Assembly (NCBI GenBank): GCA_026936335.1
Contig: JAPMXV010000072.1
Span: 62,001-126,000 of the forward strand
Length of the DNA: 64,000 nt
Origin: Mantamonas sphyraenae STR306
Taxonomy: Eukaryota; Protista; CRuMs
Reading direction: 5' to 3'
A model generated the notes under the pieces. The model ran no database searches, had not been told where the DNA came from, and worked only from the letters and a program-made list of their open reading frames with translations. Shown here piece by piece: positions 48,201-56,000 of this stretch (position 1 is its first letter; every line of letters begins with the position of its first letter). A program made the translations under genes and the position numbers.

Positions 48201-48700
48201 ATGGGCGGTTGGCAACACTGGCGATCGAACGTTTGACCGCGGACGAGATGAAGACGATTGCGGATGAGTTGAAGCTGGTCGAAGGGGCGGGGAAGAGTGG
48301 ACCTGCAAAGGAAGTGAGACGTGCCAAGGACATGATTGAGAGTGGCCATTTGTTTGATGTCCTCTTGTATGTGGACAAGCATGAGCAGTCGCCGGTGAGG
48401 AAGCTGGTGCAGCTAATGGGGCGGGATGAGCGGTCGCTGCGCGAGCGCGTCGGGACAGTGGGGCGGCGACGCAGCTTGTCCAAGAAGAAAACCAGGACGA
48501 ATTTGGTGGTGGTGGAGGAAAACGAGGATGAGAAATCTATGGGAGTGCACGAGAGTGCGGTGAAGGTGTTTTACGGGCAGACTGAAGGAGGAACGGTCGA
48601 GGTGTCGGGGGATGGTGGAGTGATGCTGGCAACGCTTGGCCGTGGCAATTCGGAGATGAGTGGGAACGAGAGCGAGGATAGCAGCGAAGATGAGGGATAA
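39218..48700 (+). CDS. Giant cell-surface receptor: signal peptide, SBBP-type beta-propeller, Cys-rich segment, ~20 IPT/TIG-like domains, Cys-rich segment, multi-pass (~7 TM) domain, cytoplasmic tail
   Basis: One uninterrupted ORF; LAWFLVLLILAVGTRC; QFGTSGNDYSEDVAV..DIFLAK..GTLQWVQQWG repeats; CTLCETGKYSN..CSICPDG; PVVTSVTPSSGSVEGGTRVTVVG TIG motifs; CATGYQGTLCGTCSTGYY; HLQVMSTF..LKWP..F..ANFN..APEC then TM helices; true start uncertain. Confidence 0.9.
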   Translation: MCSRSAHPEPHLTQTLAWFLVLLILAVGTRCEWTVQFGTSGNDYSEDVAVGPNDDYFVAGKTTGSFPGFTNLGGTDIFLAKINKFGTLQWVQQWGSTGSDLSPSVAVTPSGDVYVSAIIQGNIDGQTNPGSKSPMLCRFNSTGTKLWTRVWGANSQNDPYDLAVSSAGDAYVFGTTFGTFDGQSWPGGIINAFLTKYDSSGNKQWTRVFGTSSSYGWGRGVAVGEYGQISTMGNVAGSFMGQPTQNGEDLLTVRWDSNGNIVWARQFGLHYDDYGYSVVIDSNNDTVTLGNTPNALLVKFNATGSTLWTSTQYSPTVYYHSLAVNSQREIYTIGTVSGSTPLLIRKFSPDGVHLWFRQWGVSSTDKLQGVATNSLGQALVSGYTSGGYGVTSSGGVDAILSLIRSRENCDIGTAAGSLSLPPVNNTEVGDCTLCETGKYSNTTNAVTCSICPDGTTNFHAGQTVCDIHFPVVKSVTPVVTPEHGGTVMVVVGGNLNSTSIPQFIAEDGTITLGLNCTVMSTTMINCTTPTFSRLGNHTVIITSGLESTQYTPPTVDVFASNYTSFSLLSGPASGETTLVVQGQRLSDREPSLSRCRVGNATGPFVSVSQTAIHCRTAAMAAGAYDVYVTLDGQQWHKSAGGQFTVYEATLNKLIPASGLNTGGTVVTLSGSGFVNGRNVPEVTVTPNGVGGQVFNGAFTVGSGTGVVMTTPAFAIPAQKPGEWLATTVRVAPNGAQYLSEGAVFAMYEAHGLSGVVPQTVPASKAGVVLRLAPDAGKAFANISEEIRVRMRSRGGVVVTMVGRWRGVAEVEATLPGIGESGRGEVSVALNGQQYSEWRELTVFRVDAVAPAWGPVTGNTLVTVTGHGFNDTGTSLKCRFGGAGAVPATYVSESTVSCTSPAGMSSGGVVVSVTTNGQDFTSNTNVVFPTSVKPSVTGISPAQSPAGLAVPMTITGSGFVDTGQIVVRFNSQTVAGTYASNSSITCTTPTMATGTADVQLTLNGQVTVTQMTAAGEALFQTVAPSVTSVTPSSGSVEGGTRVTVVGNNMLDAPGVDGSLQVLIKSTPEVRLNVSGNPVVFTMPSLVGKVTLNSNGYADVGVEVSTNGGASYTSSGVVMRVYGAPVFNTSTPGLGRETGGTVISIGGEYASQVSGIKVKLNSSEWSVEGVSVSADSRTQLRVTTPAVGNGVTTRPLEMQVWVALNGQDWVKVTSPGTFTYHGPVSVTGISVTQGPADLNVPAEISGSGFLDVESIVASFSGTTVGCTYATSTLSRCVTPRLAVTTATVSVSLNDGVEYTSGTNVKYVTSQPVVTSVTPSSGSVEGGTRVTVVGNNMLDAPGVDGSLQVLIKSTPEVRLNVSGNPVVFTMPSLVGKVTLNSNGYADVGVEVSTNGGASYTSSGVVMRVYGAPVFNTSTPGLGRETGGTVISIGGEYASQVSGIKVKLNSSEWSVEGVSVSADSRTQLRVTTPAVGNGVTTRPLEMQVWVALNGQDWVKVTSPGTFTYHGPVSVTGISVTQGPADLNVPAEISGSGFLDVESIVASFSGTTVGCTYATSTLSRCVTPRLAVTTATVSVSLNDGVEYTSGTNVKYVTSQPVVTSVTPSSGSVEGGTRVTVVGNNMLDAPGVDGSLQVLIKSTPEVRLNVSGNPVVFTMPSLVGKVTLNSNGYADVGVEVSTNGGASYTSSGVVMRVYGAPVFNTSTPGLGRETGGTVISIGGEYASQVSGIKVKLNSSEWSVEGVSVSADSRTQLRVTTPAVGNGVTTRPLEMQVWVALNGQDWVKVTSPGTFTYHGPVSVTGISVTQGPADLNVPAEISGSGFLDVESIVASFSGTTVGCTYATSTLARCVTPRLAVTTATVSVSLNDGVEYTSGTNVKYVTSQPVVTSVTPSSGSVEGGTRVTVVGNNMLDAPGVDGSLQVLIKSTPEVRLNVSGNPVVFTMPSLVGKVTLNSNGYADVGVEVSTNGGASYTSSGVVMRVYGAPVFNTSTPGLGRETGGTVISIGGEYASQVSGIKVKLNSSEWSVEGVSVSADSRTQLRVTTPAVGNGVTTRPLEMQVWVALNGQDWVKVTSPGTFTYHGPVSVTGISVSRSPSQLAVPVFVEGNGFLNVPDIRLSFSGTLAPCTFHNVSSVLCTAPAMPVTTATVQLSLNDGLEFTAGSSVRYVTVDPVVTGVTPLSAIVTGGTPVTVAGSNLINAAGVPGSLRVLIKATSEVQVNVTGDSVVFTMPSLVGMVTMGTGGYVDVGVEVSTNGGRTWTAEGRVIRVYDVPVLNGTSPGAMPLSGGTQVALTGAFGEVSETTMVKYTDGQGWESPAVAATRSGAAITAAMPSYARTSGAVSWMRVWIALNGIDWMDTQLDVMGFTSPNVTEVTPALKTPAQNVTVTIRGEGFLNTGFVKVQLGLGTFVPVLQIKATEITFQATPSLSQGQNQVKVSLDGGQHYAVAAFGGTFSVLPEPLSCPTNTDPIVDTPTTIEQCQCKRNFYQPDGLAGKVCVECPVNAYCDGQLEQPVAQRGFFATGVGGELRFVQCAVAEACLGGRSSACATGYQGTLCGTCSTGYYKLGDTCQPCRQGSGGTVTLLVVLFVLYLFFVKRQVRGSRKSTGKVAALAITHLQVMSTFSEYRLKWPDNVKSVFNYFSLANFNIDTAAPECSVASGWTAETRFWFTMGLPLVVAVGLLLRVWGQAMRARWVKRNGERFRVAHPRFCAEPDASLSRVEFAAGMVRHSASQWFTEAEAVDGKTYRHLVNEMLFSMGLLYITLCTRVLEVFDCTEVRTGVYVMDSAPDVECWVEGGLHERLVVPGLAFGMLFVLGTPAVFFMIMLTGRDAKKRSEEEFQQKYSTIFAKYGPQYFWFEGMVLLRKAAVVGVKLFATNLPALQGLLGLVVLGGATVLQDRTQPYKTSMQNNLESTLLVESLLLLVAGMVFVTGSDSKGTDAWGQLTTVVAASVIVVCVWYVGRDVWHGVQERQREKRVDERTASAAASFLKAVRPLFHADAHGRLATLAIERLTADEMKTIADELKLVEGAGKSGPAKEVRRAKDMIESGHLFDVLLYVDKHEQSPVRKLVQLMGRDERSLRERVGTVGRRRSLSKKKTRTNLVVVEENEDEKSMGVHESAVKVFYGQTEGGTVEVSGDGGVMLATLGRGNSEMSGNESEDSSEDEG
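42289..45479 (+). repeat. Intragenic tandem array of ~3.7 near-identical 858-bp (286-aa, three TIG domain) units
   Basis: Units start at 42289, 43147, 44005, 44863; only a handful of differences seen; a diverged further unit follows at ~45480-46500. Confidence 0.97.
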
Positions 48701-49217
48701 TGGCTGATGCAGCCAGCATGGAATGTGGTGGGGATGGGGAGAGCTGCAGATGAAACAAACACAGAAAGTGCCAACAACCCATCCTTCCCGCGATCCCATT
48801 CCGACCCATCACACTCATCACACAATCTCATTCTTCGATCCCAGCCCCATCCCACCCCTCCGTACCATTTTTTCCAAGCACACCCTCATCGTTCCTTTCC
48901 CAGAAGCACCTGTGACCAAACTCCATCTTCCCGGAAAATCTTGCCGCAAACGCACTTCAAAACCGGAACGTCCCACCACCCGCTCCCTCAACCAATTCAA
49001 AACCAAGCAACCGCAACCAACAACGCCACCCTCTCTGTTTTGTTCATACACACCATTTCGTGAACAAACACACCCATTCCTGTTTCATAAAGAGTACAAC
49101 AACACGCAAGCAAGGCAGGCAAGGCGAAGCCAAGTGTTCAACAACCGCACCACGTAATACCAAGGGGCAAACAAACATCCAAAGAAACACCCAAGAGAGG
49201 TTTAAGCAAGGATCACA

Positions 49218-49790
49218 ATGAGTGAAATCATCAGCAGCAGCAACAACAACAACAACAACAGCAACCACAAGGTGGTGAGCCTGCGTCAGGGCAGCGTGGA
49301 CGAGGAGACGCTGAGCAAGATGGAGGCAGCGGAGGTGAAGGAGATTGAAAAGATGGTGGAGGCTGGTATGGAGTTCAGCGAGGAGGACTGGCTGAAGATC
49401 ATTGCGGAGGAGGAGGCGGCTACAGAGGAGGAGGAGCTGGAGGAGGAGCTGTCGGGTCTGAGTGCAGAGATGCAGGAGGTGATGAAGGGCACGTATTCGT
49501 CGCTGGCGAGTGAACGGAAGAAGTGGCTGCGTGAGCTGTGTCCGTGCCACCTGCGAAGCAAGCACAGCGCGATTGTGTTTGAGCGTATTGTGGAGCTGAC
49601 GCGAGACGAGGACGCCGGTGTGCGGTACCAGGCCATGCACAACCTGTGTGACGGCACTGCACGAGAGTTTGAGAACGCAGTGGTGGAGGCTGTGGAGGCA
49701 CTGCGCAACGACGCAGACGACAAGGTGAAGCGCATGTCGCGACGGGTGCTGATTGAGTACGAGACGACGGGCCGCTGGAACGTGATGTGA
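49218..49790 (+). CDS. Small HEAT-repeat protein, copy B (identical to copy A apart from one extra Asn)
   Basis: 190-aa ORF versus 189-aa at 33192-33761. Confidence 0.8.
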   Translation: MSEIISSSNNNNNNSNHKVVSLRQGSVDEETLSKMEAAEVKEIEKMVEAGMEFSEEDWLKIIAEEEAATEEEELEEELSGLSAEMQEVMKGTYSSLASERKKWLRELCPCHLRSKHSAIVFERIVELTRDEDAGVRYQAMHNLCDGTAREFENAVVEAVEALRNDADDKVKRMSRRVLIEYETTGRWNVM

Positions 49791-49892
49791 ATGGTTGGGA
49801 GCAAGGAAGAGGGAAGGAGGAGACAAAGAATGTGTCCGAGAGTAATATGAATGGATCACATGTGCCAACCAACCAACCAACCAATCGTTCGT

Positions 49893-50009
49893 TCATTCGT
49901 TCTTTCGTTCGGTGTTGCTCTCAGCGGTGTGGGTTGCCCACTCGTCCATGTCAAACACACCCGTGTCCGTGATGATGCTGCTCACATACTTGGCTGGTGT
50001 GACGTCAAA
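49893..50009 (-). pseudogene. MRI1: 3' fragment of MRI1 carried in the duplication
   Basis: Minus strand reads FDVTPAKYVSSIITDTGVFDMDEWATHTAESNTE..., truncated at 50009. Confidence 0.85.
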
Positions 50010-50034
50010 TGGGCACCCTTCATTTGCTCATTCT

Positions 50035-53000
50035 TCACTTGGCACTCTCAAAAAAGGCGTCCAGACCCTTGTTGACAGCACCCAAAGCGTCGTCAAAGAT
50101 GCTCTTTTCCTCCTCCTCCTCCTGCTCTCCCTTCTTGCTCGCTTGACCCTTCTGCGTTGCCTTTGCATCACCTGCCTGCTTGTCGTCCTGTGCGTCGGGG
50201 TTGTTTTGCGCTTCGAGGTAGGCATGCAGCTCCGGCCACGAAGTCAGCATGTTCTCATCGGGCACGTTCAGGCTCGAATTTCCCGACAGGTCGATGAGGC
50301 CAAGTTCAAGGAGGTCAAAGTCCATGGGCAGCTCCTGCAGGTCGCAGTTGCCGCACAGAAGAACCTCGAGTGTGTCCAGGTTGACGATGGACGCCGGGAG
50401 CGAGTGCAGCGCACCGTTGTCCTGCACATCCAACACGCGCAGGGGCGGGTGTGCACCTTCTTGGATGGTGTCCGGAAGGGTCTCCAGCAGATTGCCACCC
50501 ACCATCAGCTGCTCCAGGCGGCCAAGGTTCCACACGGTCGCAGGAAGCTCCACCAGAGCATTGCTGGTCAGTGCCAGGCTGCGCAAACGGCTCATTCGAT
50601 CCACAGCGTCCGACACGTGATGCAGCTGGTTGTAGCTCAGATCCAACATCTCCAGGTTTTCCATCTGCCACAGCATGTCCGGCACTTCGTCCACGTCGTT
50701 GTGTGCCAGGTTGAGTTTGCGCAACGATGCACTCAGGCTCACATCGGTGTCCACCACCGTGATGTGGTTGTACGAGGCATCCACGTCGGACAGCGACGAA
50801 CACATGGCAATGTTTTTCGGCAAGCTCTGCAGTTGGTTGTGCGACACGTCCAGTTCCTCCAACAACTGCATGCCGGCCAGGTTGGGCATCTCCGTCAATT
50901 CGTTCTCGCTCAGGTCCAGCGACACCAGCGCTTCCAGCTCCGAGATCCACTTGGGTACGCTCTGCAGCTGGTTGCCCGACAGCGACAGGCGCTTCAGGCT
51001 GCCCGCGCACAGCCGCAGCTGTTCCGGCACCTCTGTCAGGTCGTTGCCGCTTGCGTCAAACTCAGTCAGCACACTCCATTGTGCCTCAGACACCTCTGGC
51101 AGCTCCGAGAGTCCTTGCGACGCAAACGTCAGCACCGTTGCCATCGTAGCCTCCTCCTCCTCTTGGGTGGGTTCCTCCTCATCGCCTTCTTCTTGAGTCT
51201 CCTCCTCCTGCGTCTCGCCCTCGTTGCTGGACGCGAGTTGGCTCACTTCGTCATCCTCCACGTCCACCCAGTCGTCACCCTCCTCCTTGACTGCATCCTC
51301 GCCCTGCTGCTCCTCTTCAGTGGTGATGTCATCCTTGTCCGCAGCGTTGTCCTCCTCTACGCCGTCGTCGTTGTCCTCCGTGTTCTCCTCCTCCGCGGCG
51401 TCCACCGCCGGTGCTACTTCACCCACCACCTCTTCGGCGTCCACAAAGTCTGTCAGATCGACATCATCGACCACTGCATCGGCAACCGGAGCTGCGGCTT
51501 CCGCCGCCGTCTCGTCATCCACCATCTCGTCCTCATCCTCGTCCTCGTCCACCTCCAGTGCAGGAGGCGGCTCCTCAAACGTCACTTCCACGTCGATCTG
51601 TTCCTCTTCCTCCTCCTCGGGAATGGGGGGTGGGGGCATCTCGGAACGTGGGATGGGGGCGAGAATGCGGCGGCCGGTTCGTACGGGCAGCTCCAAGTGC
51701 TCGTCGGCAAGTGGCACACGCTCGTGCTTTCGGCGCTTGGGTGCTTGGTGCATAAACTTGTTGCAAAAGTCGCAGTAGTTGCGATCGCAGGTCACACAGT
51801 GTACGGTCGCCTGGCGACGCTCGCGTGTTCGGCAATGGCCACACACCGACACCTCCATGCGTCGCATGGCCTCTGTGGCCATGCGCGTGGCATGTCCTCG
51901 AAACAGGGCCTGCATCTTGCACACTGCCTTTTCCTCATGCTGGCGCACGCGCTCGTTGGCCACGGCCTTGCGTGCAAGTACCATGCGCATACGCGTTTGG
52001 ATCTTGACGGCAGCGTTGTAGTCGATCCAGTCTTGGATCCTCATCGATCTGTGGTTGCGCATGGTGCGATGGCGGTGAAGCACTGTGTGGATCACGCCGT
52101 CGTACTTCTTGTGGCAGTCGAGGCAGTACACAGTGGCCACGCTTTGGCCGTCGTAGTCGCACACCATTGCCTCGGACGGTCGCTTGTATGCATTCTCGAT
52201 CAGCGCGTCTCGCATGCTGCCCTTGTTCTTGCGTGTCAAGTAGCCACGCATGGCAGACTGCACGTGTGTGGCCGCACGCACCTCGCCCGCGTGTGCTTGT
52301 GCGCGCTTGGCACTGCGTCGGCCCAACACACCGCGCCACTGCGACTGCAGCTTCAGCACACAGGCCTCCCGGTGCTCCACAAAGTTGATGAAGCGGTGGT
52401 GGCGTGCCTCACGCGCCGCAAAGACAAAGCGACGACACACACCGCAGTACCCCTTGGGTGCGCCGCCCTTGCTCGTGCAAAACACAACGGCGTGCGAGAC
52501 GCCGCAGTTCACACACGTGGTGTGCACCTGCTCGTCCATGGCATCGGCCACAACCTCGGCCTCACGGCGTCCAAGAATGCCTCGGAAGATGCGCTGGATC
52601 AGTGTGGCCGCGTTGCGTTCGCGCCACTCCTTCAGATCCACCACAAAGCGCTTGCGCGCCAGCATGCGACGTGCATTCTTCTGGATCAGCGTCACGGCAG
52701 GGCCCAAGTACTCGGACAGCAGTTCCGACTGGTCCATCAGCTCCTTGGTAGGGTGATAGAACTGGTTGCACACACCGCACAGATTCATCTCGTACGCGTG
52801 CGACCACCACTTGGCCATCACCGCACAGCCGTTGTCACACAGCAGCGCATTCATCTCCTCCGCAGCCTTCAGGTTGGCTGCCTTCATCGCCGCCACCTTG
52901 TTTTGAGCTTGCACCACGCGGATGCGGCACTGCACACGCACAATCTCGTCCAGCTTGTCACCGTAGCGGTGCAGCATCAGCATCTTGAAGAACATGCGAC

Positions 53001-56000
53001 GCACCTGCTTGCGACGCCACAGGCCTTGGATCATCACCACACGGCGCAAGTAGCGCTCTTCGATCTTGCGTTGCATGATGAGCTTGGCCAAGTGACGGCG
53101 CCACAGGGACTGCACAACAATCACCCCGGCCACAAGCACGGCATGCTTCGCCTGAAGCGTCGCCAACTCCTTGCGTGCCTTGGCCGATCGCAGCATGCAC
53201 TGGATCGTCACTGCGGCGTTGTACTCACGCTCCTCCCGACGGCGCACCAGCTCCTTCCTTGCCTCACGTTGCCTCCACATCGATTGGATGCGCACGGCAC
53301 TCTCGTTCTCTGCTTTGTCCTTCTTTGCCTGCGCAACCTGCTTGCGTGCAAGTTTGCCGCGGTACAGCGCCTGCACGGCAGTGATGCGACGTGCGTCTTC
53401 CCGCTGCTGCTTCTTCTCGGCTGCTTCCTTGCGTGCCAGGTTTCCACGGAAGCGAGCCTGCAGCATAGTCACCTTGCGTGCATCCTCCTCGCGCTCTGCA
53501 CGCTGTTCCGCCGCAGCCTTGCGGCCTTGGTTTCCACGGAACCGTGCCTGCAGATGCAGGATTTTCTCTTCGTCCTCCTCCGTGTACGTGGGAGGCACAA
53601 CCAAGTCCACGACAGGCGTAGTGGGCATGTACGAGTCGTCCAAGTCTGTGGCCGGCGTAGTGGGCATGAACGAGTCGTCCAAGTCTGTGGCCGGCGTGGT
53701 GGGCAAGAACGAGTCGTCCAGATCCGAAGTGGCTTGCTTGACGGGGGTCACGGGGACCTCTGCGCTCGACAGGGCCTTTTCCAGATCCTCGCGAGAGATG
53801 GGAGGCTTGATACCCTTGGTGGCCTCTCCAATGGCCAGCAGCGGCGTGTCCGGGATCACAGACAGCAGCACGTTCCCCTCAATCACCTTGGCGATCAATT
53901 CGGTCTTCTTCTTGATCTCCGGAACCATACCAAAGCCGGCAATGTCGCACAGCGTGCGCAACTGCTTCTTCTTCAGACACTCCAATTCTTCAGCGGTGAC
54001 GACGCGGTCGACAAACACAGTCTGCGCCACTGCGGGCGGCGGCTCGGCGAACACACCATCCTGTGCCTCAACCTGGGCCACGATGTCCGCGCTGGACTCG
54101 CCCGCAGGCACCTCGACTTCGACGTCGACCATGGCCATTTCACTGGACAAGGCAAGCAGCAACTCGTCATGCGACAACGAGTCTGCGTTGTCAACACCCA
54201 CACCTGCGGCGACAATGGGCAACAATTCTTCGGGTACGTGCGTGAGCTGCACCTCACCCTCCAGGCACCTGGTGACAAGCGCCTCCTTCTTCTTGCTGGC
54301 GGAGATATCGCCCAAGCCTGCTGCCATGTGCAATGTGCGGAGCTGCTTCTTCATCAGAGTATCCAGCTCTGCCTCGGTCAAGGCACGGTCGACAAACACG
54401 AGCTGTTCCTGCTTGACAACCACCATCTGCGGCGGCGCTGGCACATCAACAACCGTGTCGTGATCACTTGGCTCGCTAGATGACGATGCACTGGTCGTGG
54501 AGGTGGTTGCAGTTGCTTCGGGCGGGGAAATAACGGCCAACAGGTCGCCCACCTCACCTTCGTCACTGTGCCCCATTTTGCGCATCATCATCTTGACGGT
54601 AAACTCATCGAGCTCCGACAGCAGCACTTCACGCTCGGCGATGCGCTCGACGAGTGTGTCGTGAGGACCACTTCGCTTGAGATCGAACTGCGAGCAAATG
54701 AGTTTCAGTGCCTTGTTGTTCAGCAGCTTCAACTCCTGATACTGTGCAGGTCTGTCTGTGTACTTCAGTGGCTCGGCGACAATGAACAATCCTTCTGTAT
54801 CCTGTTCATACTCGTCATCCGAGTGGTGTTCCGGTGCAGCAGGCTCGTCGGCCACAGGTTCCTCAGGCACAGGCTCCTCAGGTGTGGGTTCCTCAGGCGC
54901 AGGCTCCTCGGGTGTGGGTTCCTCAGGCGCAGGTTCCTCAGGCGCAGGTTCCTCAGGCACAGGCTCCTCAGGTGTGGGTTCCTCCGGGGCTGTTTCCTCG
55001 GGCACAGGCTCCTCGGGCACAGGCTCTTCAGGTGCGGGCTCCTCATCCTCCACCTCTTTGCCCTCGCCACTGCTGCTTGCTGCAACTGCACCCTCGACCT
55101 CGACCTCAACCATCTGCGTCTCATGCGACAGCTCAAACTCGATCTCGCTGCGTTGCATGTCCTTGGCACCCTGGATACCGACACCACCTGCAATCACAAC
55201 CAGCAGGTTGTCCGGCACTTGCGTCAACATCACGTTGCCCTCGATCACCTTGTTCATCAGATCGGTCTTCTTCTTCAGGTTGGGGACCGTTCCAAAGCCA
55301 GCGACTTCACACAGCGTGCGCAGTTGCTTCTTCTTCAGCACATCCAACTCCTTGACTGTGACCACACGGTCAACAAACACCGTCTGCTCTTGCATCTCCG
55401 TGGTGACGGGCGGCGGCACATCGACCTCGACCTCCGCAGCAGGTTCCTCAGGCGCAGGCTCTTCGGGCGCAGGCTCTTCAGGCACAGGCTCCTCAGGCGC
55501 AGGTTCCTCAGTTGTGGGTTCCTCAGGCGCAGGTTCCTCGGGCACAGGCTCCTCAGGGGTGGGTTCCTCCGGGGCTGTTTCCTCGGGCACAGGCTCTTCA
55601 GGTGCGGGCTCCTCACCCTCCACCTCTTTGCCCTCGCCACTGCTGCTTGCTGCAACTGCCCCCTCAACCTCGACCTCAACCATCTGCGTCTCATGCGACA
55701 GCTCAAACTCGATCTCGCTGCGTTGCATGCTCTTGGCACCCTTAATGCCGACTCCACCTGCAATCACAACCAGCAGGTTGTCCGGCACTTGCGTCAACAT
55801 CACGTTGCCCTCGATCACCTTGTTCATCAGATCGGTCTTCTTCTTCAGGTTGGGGACCGTTCCAAAGCCAGCGACTTCACACAGCGTGCGCAATTGCTTC
55901 TTCTTCAGCACATCCAACTCCTTGACTGTGACCACACGGTCAACAAACACCGTCTGCTCTTGCATCTCCGTGGTGACGGGCGGCGGCACATCGACCTCGA

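Larger units (their letters stand above)
48699..50009. repeat. Copy B of the ~1.3-kb inverted duplication, lying between the two convergent giant genes
   Basis: Begins AATGGCTGATGCAGCC (48699), ends GGTGTGACGTCAAA (50009); inverted match to 32973-34272. Confidence 0.95.

Noticed and set aside
32973-50009. Interpretation as a TIR transposon, Polinton or endogenous virus
   Set aside because: The repeats are made of host gene sequence (MRI1 end, HEAT gene); no transposase, integrase, polymerase, capsid gene or target-site duplication; the cargo includes housekeeping SPOUT1.
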